NCBI GenBank assembly: GCA_001192655.1
Contig: BBVC01000079.1
Location: forward strand, 1-22,997
Length of the DNA stretch: 22,997 nt
Direction: 5' to 3'
Source of the DNA: Caedimonas varicaedens
GTDB lineage: Bacteria; Pseudomonadota; Alphaproteobacteria; Caedimonadales; Caedimonadaceae
Shown: positions 1-8,493 of the stretch, piece by piece
Position numbering within the stretch: the stretch's first letter is position 1
How the letters are laid out: each line of letters starts with the position of its first letter
The notes under the pieces: generated by a model
Told to the model about the DNA's origin: nothing
The model's database searches: none
The model's input: the letters and a program-made list of their open reading frames with translations, nothing else
Made by a program: the position numbers and the translations under genes

Positions 1-1
1 T

Positions 2-172
2 AAGGGAAAAGCGATGCAAAAAGCAATTGCTGAGGCAGGGCATATCGTGCTGTATCTGCCTCCTTATTCTCCAGACTTTAATCCCATCGAGCATAAATGG
101 GCACAAGCAAAAGCAATTAGACGCAAAAAAAGGTGTTCTATCGAGCAATTATTTCAGGATAATAAAATATGA
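2..172 (+). mobile_element. IS630-family (Tc1/mariner-like) DDE transposase, C-terminal fragment cut by the window edge
   Basis: The frame starting at nt 2 reads ...GHIVLYLPPYSPDFNPIEHKWAQAKAIRRKKRCSIEQLFQDNKI*, with TGA at 170-172. PPYSPDxNPIE-x-W is the hallmark C-terminal motif of IS630-family transposases and includes the last catalytic acidic residue. This ORF is absent from the supplied track because it has no start in the window. Confidence 0.8.
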
Positions 173-187
173 CCGTTTTATATGTTG

Positions 188-823
188 TTAGCTATAAGTC
201 TTTAATTTTTGGGAAGAAGGAAGATTAGGTCCCCACCATACCATATTGAGCGCCTGGGGATTTACCTGATAGTGACGCTCAAAATACCTTTTCAAAGCAT
301 CGATTTCCGTATCCCAATCAATGCCTTGAGCATCCATAAGACGTATGAAATGGGGGAAATGATTTTTGAGATAGATCTCACGCACCTTACCATCTTTGGA
401 AGGCGCTAGAATCAGCCCTTCACCCTTTTCAAAAACCTTCAATCGACCCAGCTCGCCTTCCAGCATGCCGCAGGTTATCCTATCCATAGAAAAAGAAAGG
501 ATAGGCGCTGGATTGATTTTTAATGCTAAATAGCGATCAGCAGAAAGCCAATAATAAGACAACCATTTCGCTGTTTTAAAATGACTTGTTAGCGCTTGAT
601 ACAAGAAAGGCTTACGATCAAGCAATTTAAGTTTTGGCGCCTTATCAATATGAAAATCTCTGGATAAGGTATCAAAAAACAGGGTTCCCTTTTGAGATGA
701 CAATAAAGTAAGCGGTAGAGGTTCTTTTGAATGGAATCGACCAAAACGAAAACGATAGCGACAGGCTGATTTCTCGCCAACTATGATGATCTGCTTTGTG
801 GGGAAAATCCAGCCTATCCGCAT
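188..823 (-). CDS. Hypothetical soluble protein (211 aa), third gene of the GspE/GspF-like operon; its C-terminus may be altered by the adjacent IS630 end
   Basis: Its ATG overlaps the upstream gene's stop by 1 nt (TAATG at 823-825), which implies translational coupling. It has no signal peptide, no TM segment and no pilin-like N-terminus. I recognise no family for it. Its stop at 188 lies only 16 nt from the convergent IS630 transposase stop at 172. Confidence 0.6.
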   Translation of the reverse strand: MRIGWIFPTKQIIIVGEKSACRYRFRFGRFHSKEPLPLTLLSSQKGTLFFDTLSRDFHIDKAPKLKLLDRKPFLYQALTSHFKTAKWLSYYWLSADRYLALKINPAPILSFSMDRITCGMLEGELGRLKVFEKGEGLILAPSKDGKVREIYLKNHFPHFIRLMDAQGIDWDTEIDALKRYFERHYQVNPQALNMVWWGPNLPSSQKLKTYS

Positions 824-2028
824 TATTCAAGAACCATCATCTGATCATAAAGAGGCAGAAAGATTGAGCTTGCAATCCAGATCATGACTCCCCCCAGAAA
901 AAGGATAAGTGTTGGCTCTAAAATGGAAACGAGCCTTTGAGAAAGATATTCTATATCACGCCTTAAAAAAATAATGCCATGGCCAAGGCTTGAGCTAAAT
1001 TGTCCCGAACTTTCTCCTGTTCGGGCAAGCCTGCCAATCAGTCGCTCTTTCAAGGGAAGCGTCTCCCAAGCTTGGGAAAAGGAAACACCTTTCAGAATTT
1101 CACTCTGTAACCTGATCATGTTTTCACGAACAAACAGATTTTGAATATTTTCAGTCGCCATCTTCAAGGAATCAGGAAGAGAGATTTCCCGCTTGACAAG
1201 AGAAACAAGAATTTGGAGAAATCTTTGCAAATCCATTTTTTTTAAAATTTCTCCTACAAGAGGAACGGAAAGAAGCCAGCGATCAAAAACAATCATGCCT
1301 CGATAAGATAATCTTCGCATTCCCATAATGGTCAAAAAGCCAACTCCCAGACATCCCGAAAAAATTTCAAAAAAGAACAGAGCATGTTGTGAAACAAACA
1401 TCAGGGCTTGTGTTGAGGTTGGTAATTCTTGCTGTAAACTTTTCAGAAAATCTTCCATTTGAGGGACGACCCATGTCATCAGCAAAACGATCAGTCCTGT
1501 CACCATGACCGTTAATACGATGGGGTAACGCAAGGATTTCCAGAGATGATTTTTAAGTTCATGTCGCCACCTGAAAAGTTGAGAAAGTTGATCAAATACA
1601 GGCGCCAGTGTTCCCATTTTTCCAGTCGAAGCCACCATAGAACAAAAAACAGCATCAAAGAAATAAGGTTCTGATTGAAAGGAATCTGCTAAAGAAGTGC
1701 CTTTTTTGAAAGTTGCAATCACTCTGGACAAGGCAGCCCTGAAATTTTTTTCCTCGGTCATTCCTCTCAGAGATTCCAGGATCTCAAGGGCTGTAACTCC
1801 GGCGCGATCCAACGCAGCGACATGAAGGCAAAATTCTTCGAGCCCTTGATCCGAAATCTTTGCTCTGTTCCTCAAAGAGCTAAAATGGAAAACTTTATTC
1901 GTTAGCTTGATAAGGTAAAGTTGTTGTTCATGCAATCGTTCGCTCAGATCATCCACATGCAGGCTGTTCATGGCTCCTTTATGGACAATCCCTTCTTCAT
2001 CAATGGCCTTGTAATAATAAAGAGGCAT
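823..2028 (-). CDS. Type II secretion / type IV pilus platform protein, GspF/PilC family (401 aa)
   Basis: The N-terminus MPLYYYKAIDEEGIVHKGAM is typical of GspF/PilC. The protein shows the duplicated T2SSF architecture, with hydrophobic segments around IVLTVMVTGLIVLLMTWVV, FFFEIFSGCLGVGFLTIMG and LILFLGGVMIWIASSIFLPLY. Its size is about 400 aa. It starts 4 nt downstream of the ATPase gene. Confidence 0.9.
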   Translation of the reverse strand: MPLYYYKAIDEEGIVHKGAMNSLHVDDLSERLHEQQLYLIKLTNKVFHFSSLRNRAKISDQGLEEFCLHVAALDRAGVTALEILESLRGMTEEKNFRAALSRVIATFKKGTSLADSFQSEPYFFDAVFCSMVASTGKMGTLAPVFDQLSQLFRWRHELKNHLWKSLRYPIVLTVMVTGLIVLLMTWVVPQMEDFLKSLQQELPTSTQALMFVSQHALFFFEIFSGCLGVGFLTIMGMRRLSYRGMIVFDRWLLSVPLVGEILKKMDLQRFLQILVSLVKREISLPDSLKMATENIQNLFVRENMIRLQSEILKGVSFSQAWETLPLKERLIGRLARTGESSGQFSSSLGHGIIFLRRDIEYLSQRLVSILEPTLILFLGGVMIWIASSIFLPLYDQMMVLE

Positions 2029-2032
2029 CGAG

Positions 2033-3694
2033 TTACGCTCTTCCTATCACGCGGTGCATTTCTTCAAGAGACGTTTCGCCAGCATATACTTTTGCAAGTG
2101 CCTCTTGCACAAGAGTTTGGAATCCCTGGGTTTGAACGTATCTTTTTAATTCAAGCGTTGTGGACTGACGTCCAATCAATTCCTCAATATCTTCCGTGAT
2201 GGGAAGAATTTCAGCCACAGAGGTACGCCCCCAATAACCCGTATATGAGCAAGTCTCGCACCCTTTAGCCATAAAAATCATACGATTATCTGAAATCGTC
2301 CGCTTCTTGCATTCTGGACATAACTTCCTTAAAAGGCGTTGGGATAGAATTCCCTTAAGATTTCCTTCCAAAAAACGCGGTGTAAGTCCCAAATCAAAAA
2401 GACGAGGAAAAACACCAAAAACATCTTGCGTATGGAGAGTTGTAAAAACAAGATGCCCCGTCATAGATGCCCTGATAGCCATTTTAGCTGTAGCCTCATC
2501 CCGAATTTCTCCAATGAAAATAATATCTGGATCCTGTCTGAGAATGGCACGAACACCTTCTGCAAAGGTAATACCTCCAGGATCCTGGATTTCAACTTGT
2601 CGAATATGGGGAAGCGCATATTCAATCGGATCTTCCAGCGTCATAATATTTACAGAAGCAGCCGAAAGGTAATGCAGCATCGAATAGAGAGTAGTTGTTT
2701 TTCCTGAGCCTGTAGGTCCTGTGATAATAAAAACGCCATCAGGTGTTTGAAGAAGATTTTTAATTTTCTCGGTTTGCAGGGCAGTCAATCCCAATTCTTC
2801 CAGTGGTTGCAGCGAAGAGCGTTTATCCAGGATGCGAATAACGATATTTTCTCCATGTTGAGTGGGCAGTGAAGAGGCACGAAAATCTACGTCTCTCCCG
2901 CAGACATTGAGGCTGAAACGGCCATCTTGAGGAAGACGCGATTCTGCAATATTAAGTCCTGAAATAATTTTCAGACGCACACAAAGCATCGACCAATATT
3001 GCTGATGAAAAGCGCAGATCTGCCTGAGCACGCCATCAATGCGATATCGGATACAAACGAATTTATCTTCTGGCTCAAAATGAATATCAGAAGCGCGATG
3101 TTTAACAGCGTCCACAAAAAGCGCCTGTAAAAAAGGGACTCCTGCTGTTTCATAGCTCTGCAAATCTGAAGACGTACGATCATTGCAGGCCTGTAAAAGC
3201 CCACCGAGAGAGCGCTTGTACCCATAATATTGATCGATGGCCTTAAATAATTCAGCAGGCGTCGCAATATAAACGGTAAAATGAGAGATTCCCTTGTATA
3301 ATGCTCTTAAGCGATCAAAAATCCGTAGATCTTCCGGGTCACAAACGGCCACATGAAAATCATACTCTGCATGATAAAGAGGAAGAATTCTCAATGTTTC
3401 CGCATCATGGCGCGGAAGTATTCTTAAAAGTTTGCGATCGATAAGGGTTTTTTGCATATCAAATTTCAAATAGCCCGCAAGACTTGATTTGGTTTCAATG
3501 AGGAGCTGATCACTGAGGAATCCAAGATCAACCAGAAGTGTATCAAGGGGCTTCCCTGATTTTAAATGCTCAACTTTTGCAATATGGAGTTGGTCAGAAG
3601 TAATCATACCTGAATCAAGAAGCGTATCAATAAATGAGATGCCCTGATCTTTCAAATAAGCATCATTCTTCCTGATTTGCAGAACTTTTTCCAT
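2033..3694 (-). CDS. Type II secretion / type IV pilus assembly ATPase, GspE/PilB family (553 aa)
   Basis: Walker A is GPTGSGKTTT. The Walker B/Asp box region is DPDIIFIGEIRD and the His box is GHLVFTTLHT. A tetracysteine Zn motif is present (CPECKK...CETC). The N-terminal T2SSE_N/MshEN-type tandem repeats are DTLLDSGMITSDQL and DTLLVDLGFLSDQL. Confidence 0.93.
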   Translation of the reverse strand: MEKVLQIRKNDAYLKDQGISFIDTLLDSGMITSDQLHIAKVEHLKSGKPLDTLLVDLGFLSDQLLIETKSSLAGYLKFDMQKTLIDRKLLRILPRHDAETLRILPLYHAEYDFHVAVCDPEDLRIFDRLRALYKGISHFTVYIATPAELFKAIDQYYGYKRSLGGLLQACNDRTSSDLQSYETAGVPFLQALFVDAVKHRASDIHFEPEDKFVCIRYRIDGVLRQICAFHQQYWSMLCVRLKIISGLNIAESRLPQDGRFSLNVCGRDVDFRASSLPTQHGENIVIRILDKRSSLQPLEELGLTALQTEKIKNLLQTPDGVFIITGPTGSGKTTTLYSMLHYLSAASVNIMTLEDPIEYALPHIRQVEIQDPGGITFAEGVRAILRQDPDIIFIGEIRDEATAKMAIRASMTGHLVFTTLHTQDVFGVFPRLFDLGLTPRFLEGNLKGILSQRLLRKLCPECKKRTISDNRMIFMAKGCETCSYTGYWGRTSVAEILPITEDIEELIGRQSTTLELKRYVQTQGFQTLVQEALAKVYAGETSLEEMHRVIGRA

Positions 3695-3921
3695 ATAAAA
3701 CTTATGTCATTTAATGAATTTTCAAGACCTTACCAGAAACAACAAAAATAGCTAGATTAAATATATATGATTGCCATGTTAATTTAATATTTCCAGAAAG
3801 GGGCTGAAATTTGAGCATGACTATATGTGCTCCATAACTTTCTACTTCAACAGAGAATCATTGATATTAATCAGGAATATCTTTAAACTCATTTTCAGAT
3901 TAAATATGAAAGGGCTGACCC

Positions 3922-4404
3922 ATGAATTTTCTACAGCGCATATCGCTTTCTGGCGTACTTCTTTTAATGTCATTTCCAGCTTTTGCCCAAACTTCATCCC
4001 AGGAAGAGCCATCACAAAAAGAGATTCAGGATACGGTTCGTGCAGAGCAGTATTTTGCGGACGAAATAAATTTCACAATAAACCCTCATGGCGTCAAATC
4101 TGTTCTGGAAGGTAAAAATCAAAATATTACCCTTGTGGATGTTCGTGCTGCCAAGAATTATGCGGAAGGACATGTTCCGAGTGCTATTAATTTGCCTTTT
4201 GACAAGTTTTCACGGTTTGAAGGAACAGAAAAAGAATTCCCAGAGCTGCGAAAAGATGGTTTTAATTATGTTTATTGCTATGAGTTAGGGTGCAACCTGG
4301 CGACCAAAGCCGCTAGAAAACTCGCCTCTTTGGGATATCCCGTCAAGGAAATGAAAGGTGGTTTTAATGCTTGGAAAGACCATAACTATCCCATTGAAAA
4401 ATAA
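3922..4404 (+). CDS. Secreted/periplasmic single-domain rhodanese-like sulfurtransferase (160 aa)
   Basis: The signal peptide is MNFLQRISLSGVLLLMSFPAFA|QT. The rhodanese core is LVDVRAAKNYAEGHVPSAINLP, and the active-site loop YVYCYELGCNLATKAARKLASLGY resembles the GlpE/PspE VYC... loops. An AAAGGG RBS sits 7 nt upstream. Confidence 0.85.
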   Translation: MNFLQRISLSGVLLLMSFPAFAQTSSQEEPSQKEIQDTVRAEQYFADEINFTINPHGVKSVLEGKNQNITLVDVRAAKNYAEGHVPSAINLPFDKFSRFEGTEKEFPELRKDGFNYVYCYELGCNLATKAARKLASLGYPVKEMKGGFNAWKDHNYPIEK

Positions 4405-4743
4405 AATTTATGAAATGTCGATATAAGCGTGGGGAATTGCTCTCCAGGATTGCCTTTCCCTTGGATTTTTCAAGCTGTGGAGGCATTGATGTTATGGAAT
4501 TCCTTTTGCCTGTACCCTTTTTGTACCCATTGCAAAATCCATACCCAAATTTTTAATAACGTGATAATCTTGGCTTTTTAGCGCCCAGGCAGTACAATAT
4601 GTAGGGCTTTATTGGAACGTTAAAGAGACATACATTTATCTCTTAATAAATTTAAAACGGGTTTCCTTTTGGAGCGTTATTATAGGAAAAAAAGACCCCC
4701 CGGTTTATAAAGCCTCAATAATTTGATTAATCAGGACATATAA

Positions 4744-5061
4744 ATGAATTCTTTTTATCTCGCGATTGCTATTTTAGCCGAGGTCGTAGCAACCTCAAGC
4801 CTGAAGGCTGCAGAAGGTTTTACAAAGCTTTGGCCTTCCCTTGTAGTGATCAGCGGCTATCTCATCGCCTTTTATTGCTTGTCTCTCACGTTGCGAACAA
4901 TTCCTGTTGGCGTCGCTTATGCCATATGGTCAGGAGCTGGCATCGTTCTGATCTCACTTGCAGGGCTTATTTTTTACAAACAATATCTTAATATACCATC
5001 TTTGATTGGCATGGGTTTAATCTTGGTGGGTGTTGTCCTGCTTAACCTCTTTTCTAATTAA
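4744..5061 (+). CDS. SMR-family multidrug/quaternary-cation efflux protein, EmrE/Qac-like (105 aa)
   Basis: It has four TM helices. The membrane-embedded Glu lies in [13 protein letters not shown]. The motifs EGFTKLWPS and [16 protein letters not shown] align closely with my recollection of E. coli EmrE (AILAEVIGTTLMK, EGFTRLWPS, IAYAIWSGVGIVLISL). An AGGA RBS sits 7 nt upstream. Confidence 0.92.
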   Translation: MNSFYLAIAILAEVVATSSLKAAEGFTKLWPSLVVISGYLIAFYCLSLTLRTIPVGVAYAIWSGAGIVLISLAGLIFYKQYLNIPSLIGMGLILVGVVLLNLFSN

Positions 5062-5175
5062 ATGTCTACTTTGTAGTTTAATATTTGAGTAGGAAGTATT
5101 TGACTTGAGGCAGGCATGTTTTTACACTGGCTCATTCTTGTAAGATAATTTTTTAAGCCCATTGAAATCAGGAAA

Positions 5176-6324
5176 ATGCCCGACTCTTTTCGTGTTAAAG
5201 ATAAAAATTCTTTAAAAAAACCCTTGTGTAAACCTCAAAATCCCTGCTTTGGATCAGGGCCCTGTGCAAAGCTGCCTGATTGGAACCTGATGGCGCTTAA
5301 AGAAGCTGTTTTAGGACGCTCACATCGCTCTTTGTCGGGGATAAAAAAAATTCAGGTGACCCTTGGTTATATAAGAGAAGTCCTGGAAATACCTTCCTCT
5401 CACCATATTGCACTTCTATCTGGATCTGCAACAGCAGCCGTAGAGTGCCTTCTATGGAATCTTCTGGGAGTGCGACCGATTGGGATTGTGATGGGAGAAT
5501 TTTTCAGCCAGCGATGGGCCAGTGATATCATCAACGAATTGGGTCTCCCACAAACGCACTTGTATAAAGATAATACAGATCTTGCCAACATAGATTTTTC
5601 TCAGGATGTCGTTTTTGTATGGAATGGTAGCACTTCGGGGCAGTGTGTTCCTCAGGAATCATGGATCGATCCTCATCGGCAGGGGTTGACCCTTTGTGAT
5701 GCAACATCAGCCGCGTTTGCCATGCCTCTGCCCTGGACAGAGCTTGATGCGACAGCGTTCTCATGGCAAAAAGGCCTCGGAGGAGAAGCAGGAATTGGCC
5801 TCATTGTTCTAGGTCCTCGTGCTATAGAAAGGCTGGAAACCTACACACCTACCTGGCCTATTCCTTATTTGTATAAATTGATTCATGATCGCAAATTAAA
5901 GAAGGAGATTTTTGAAGGACTGACCTTAAATACACCTTCCTTTTTGGTGCTTGAAGATGCTCTCTATGCCTTAAAGTGGGCTAAGCAATTAGGAGGCATT
6001 CAAGGGATGTATAATCGTACCCTTCTTAATTTTTCTAAAATTCAGGCATGGGTGGAAAGAACACCCTGGATTGATTTTCTGATTTCTGTCCCTTCGTTAC
6101 GCTCACCCACAACAGTATGTTTGAAATTTGTGGAGAACTCAGATTGGGCGTGGGTACAGAGCTTTTGTCAATTACTCGAAAAAGAAGGTGTGGGTTTTGA
6201 TATCAAGAATCACGCTGCGACTCCTCCCAGCATCAGAGTTTGGGCAGGACCCACAATGGAAGCGGATAACCTTGAAGCTTTATTCCCCTGGCTGGACTGG
6301 TGTTATGCAACATTGAAACAATAA
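5176..6324 (+). CDS. serC: Phosphoserine aminotransferase, short alphaproteobacterial/archaeal type (382 aa)
   Basis: The N-terminal motif KPQNPCFGSGPCAKLPDW and GRSHRS are characteristic of the short SerC class. The length and aminotransferase class-V layout fit. WQKGLGGE probably holds the PLP-binding Lys. Confidence 0.85.
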   Translation: MPDSFRVKDKNSLKKPLCKPQNPCFGSGPCAKLPDWNLMALKEAVLGRSHRSLSGIKKIQVTLGYIREVLEIPSSHHIALLSGSATAAVECLLWNLLGVRPIGIVMGEFFSQRWASDIINELGLPQTHLYKDNTDLANIDFSQDVVFVWNGSTSGQCVPQESWIDPHRQGLTLCDATSAAFAMPLPWTELDATAFSWQKGLGGEAGIGLIVLGPRAIERLETYTPTWPIPYLYKLIHDRKLKKEIFEGLTLNTPSFLVLEDALYALKWAKQLGGIQGMYNRTLLNFSKIQAWVERTPWIDFLISVPSLRSPTTVCLKFVENSDWAWVQSFCQLLEKEGVGFDIKNHAATPPSIRVWAGPTMEADNLEALFPWLDWCYATLKQ

Positions 6325-6334
6325 CGAAACGATA

Positions 6335-7609
6335 TCAATGATGATTTTTGCGATTCCTTCTATATCCAATAATCACAATTAAAAACAATAAAGAAACCAT
6401 AGCAATAACACCGCTTACGGAAAAAGCTGTCGCTTCTCCGTATTTTTCAGAAACAAAACCAGCAACACAGTCAGCAATATAAGCCGAAATAGCGCATATA
6501 ATATAATAACACCCAAACCCTGTGCCGCGGAGATCAGAGGGAACAGTTTCGACAATCAAGGAAAGAAAAATGTTTTGTGTCACTCCATATTGGACACCCC
6601 AGAAAAAACAGCCAATATATACCCAAAATAGTGATGTGGCGCTGGCAAGAAAGTGATCAGCCAGAATCAAAAAAACAATTCCCATTGCCAAAAATAGGTA
6701 ACGGTTCATCCGATCAGCCAAAACGCCTACAGGATAAGAAGAAAGACACCACCCTGCATTAAAAACAAGCATAATTGTAGGAGCATATTTTATATCCAGT
6801 TTAAAATTTGTATAGGCATGAAGCGTTAGAAATGTCTCTCCAAAACGAGATAACATAAAGATAGAGGCTAAAATCATCAGCAACCAGAAAGATATACCAA
6901 GGTCACCCAAATTAGACCAGCGCATATACGTTCTCTTTTTTTCTTGAGGTAAGGGAATTTCTGAAGACAGAGCGGAATGTGCAAATTTTTTAGGTTCCTG
7001 AATCAGGAAAATCAAAATCAAAAAAGCGATAAACGCAGGGATAGCTGCAATCTGGAAAATCTTTTGATAGTCACCTTCTGCCCATATCATGGCGCCAATT
7101 CCACATATGGCTCCCACTAAAGACCCCGCCTGCGCCAATGTTCTTTTTAAACCATAGGCTGCGCCGATTCGGCTGGATGGCGCAACGTCTGCAACCATGG
7201 TATCTCTGGGTGTGGATTGAATGCCATTTCCAATTCTTTCGACCAGTCGTGCCGCAAAAAGAGGGTAAAAACTGACGGCAAGAGAGAAAATAAGACGGGA
7301 AATCACAATCATGCTATATCCCACAAGCATCACAGGTTTGCGACGCCTTAGATAATCGCTGAATATTCCTGAAAAAAGCTTCATCAGATAGGAACAGCCC
7401 TCGGCAACTCCTTCAACTACACCAATCCATCCCATGGTTACCCCAAGAGATTTCATATAAATTCCTACATAGCTATAAACCATAATGAAAGAGAGATTGA
7501 CCAAAAACATCATACATCCCAACACCCAGACAAGAATTGGAATATGAAGCAAAGGTTTTGAAAGGTAATGGTGGCGCGAAATCAGATCTTTTTCGCTTAA
7601 TTGAGGCAT
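6335..7609 (-). CDS. MFS transporter (424 aa), substrate unknown
   Basis: It has about 12 hydrophobic segments. The MFS motif-A-like loop GIFSDYLRRRKPVMLVG lies between TM2 and TM3. A central hydrophilic loop, QEPKKFAHSALSSEIPLPQEKKRTYMRW, separates the two halves. Confidence 0.85.
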   Translation of the reverse strand: MPQLSEKDLISRHHYLSKPLLHIPILVWVLGCMMFLVNLSFIMVYSYVGIYMKSLGVTMGWIGVVEGVAEGCSYLMKLFSGIFSDYLRRRKPVMLVGYSMIVISRLIFSLAVSFYPLFAARLVERIGNGIQSTPRDTMVADVAPSSRIGAAYGLKRTLAQAGSLVGAICGIGAMIWAEGDYQKIFQIAAIPAFIAFLILIFLIQEPKKFAHSALSSEIPLPQEKKRTYMRWSNLGDLGISFWLLMILASIFMLSRFGETFLTLHAYTNFKLDIKYAPTIMLVFNAGWCLSSYPVGVLADRMNRYLFLAMGIVFLILADHFLASATSLFWVYIGCFFWGVQYGVTQNIFLSLIVETVPSDLRGTGFGCYYIICAISAYIADCVAGFVSEKYGEATAFSVSGVIAMVSLLFLIVIIGYRRNRKNHH

Positions 7610-7891
7610 ATATCAAAATCTCGTTTTTGAAACATTGTGACCAGCATTTGTAAGTCAAAATATATGTACACGAAGATTTATCTTTCTCTCTTTAGAAATG
7701 AAAAATATAATTTCTCTTAGCATCTCTGAGTATAAACTACCAGTATTTTATGAAAATTCTTCGAAATTGTATGTTTTCAAAAGTTTTGCCAATGATGAAC
7801 GTGAAAGCACTATAAAATAAACTCAACCACTACCCACTAGAAGTTGGTGGGTTGATTCGTAGACTGTAGGTCGGTATCAGTTGTTTTTTTT

Positions 7892-8441
7892 CGTCGTTTA
7901 ACAGGAGTGAAACGGCCTACTTTTGACCAGATGGTTGAAATTTTACACAGGACTCTGATGAAGAGTCCATTATGATTGATGCGACCATTATCCGTGCTCA
8001 TCCCTGTGTTGCAGGGTATGAAAAAGATCAGGGCGCTTGGGAAGACGAAGCAAGGCTGAGGTTACCACTAAAATCCATGTTGGCGTTGATGTTTTAGGAC
8101 AAGTGTTAAGATTTTCACTCGCACCTGGTCAAAGGCACGATATCATTCAGGCACCGGCTCTTCTTCAAGGTTTTGAAAATACCAATATCATTGCGGATAA
8201 AAAGTACGATTCAAATACTCTTATGGCTCAGATTCAACAACAAAAAGGTGTCCTTGTTATTTCTTCTCGTTCTAACCGAAAAATACCACGAGGGTATGAT
8301 GAGCATTTGTATAAAGAGCACCATCTCGTGGAATGTTGCTTCAATAAAATCACACACTTTAGGACAATCTTCTCACGTTTTGATAAAAAGTATCTTCCTT
8401 TACTGGATTGTTCGCTTATGCACCTTTTATCCTCTGGTTGA
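7892..8441 (+). pseudogene. Decayed IS5-family transposase remnants: a short HTH-like piece plus a frameshifted DDE C-terminal half
   Basis: 7892-7972 reads RRLTGVKRPTFDQMVEILHRTLMKSPL*, a helix-turn-helix segment typical of IS5/Harbinger-type transposases. 7975-8037 reads IDATIIRAHPCVAGYEKDQGA in one frame. It continues only after a 1-nt frame change as LGRRSKAEVTTKIHVGVDVLGQVLRFSLAPGQRHDIIQAPALL...ADKKYDSN...YKEHHLVECCFNKITHFRTIFSRFDKK. That matches the IS5-family pattern IDSTIVRAHQHAAG...GGxSTKIH...GQxHD...ADKGYDS...YKxRxxIExxFxKLKxFRRIATRYDK. Most of the N-terminal half is missing. Confidence 0.75.
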
Positions 8442-8493
8442 GGTAAGGAAACATAACCTAATTAATAACAGATTGTTATTTTGTTAGAGCAGG

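Noticed and set aside
3500-3694. Possible c-di-GMP binding by the MshEN-type N-terminus of the GspE/PilB ATPase.
   Set aside because: The two tandem repeats are visible (DTLLDSGMITSDQL and DTLLVDLGFLSDQL). However, the RLG residues and terminal Gln of the published 24-residue motif RLGxx(L/V/I)(L/V/I)xxG(L/V/I)(L/V/I)xxxxLxxxLxxQ are replaced in both (SFI.../PLD...). High-affinity binding of the MshE kind is therefore not supported.
4410-4559. A 49-aa ORF, MKCRYKRGELLSRIAFPLDFSSCGGIDVMEFLLPVPFLYPLQNPYPNF, in the rhodanese-SMR spacer.
   Set aside because: It has no RBS and no recognisable motif, and it is below any reasonable length threshold. It cannot be supported from the sequence alone.
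4600-4720. A possible guanidine riboswitch (ykkC, mini-ykkC or ykkC-III) upstream of the SMR gene. The elements noticed were TAGGG, AAACGGG and GGAAAAAAAGACCCCCCGG.
   Set aside because: The resemblance is limited to a few short strings. I found no pair of ACGR-tetraloop hairpins with GC stems and no convincing ykkC core (GGUCCGAGAG / GCCCGGGAGA). The pump is also EmrE/Qac-like rather than the Gdx/SugE subtype that guanidine riboswitches usually control.
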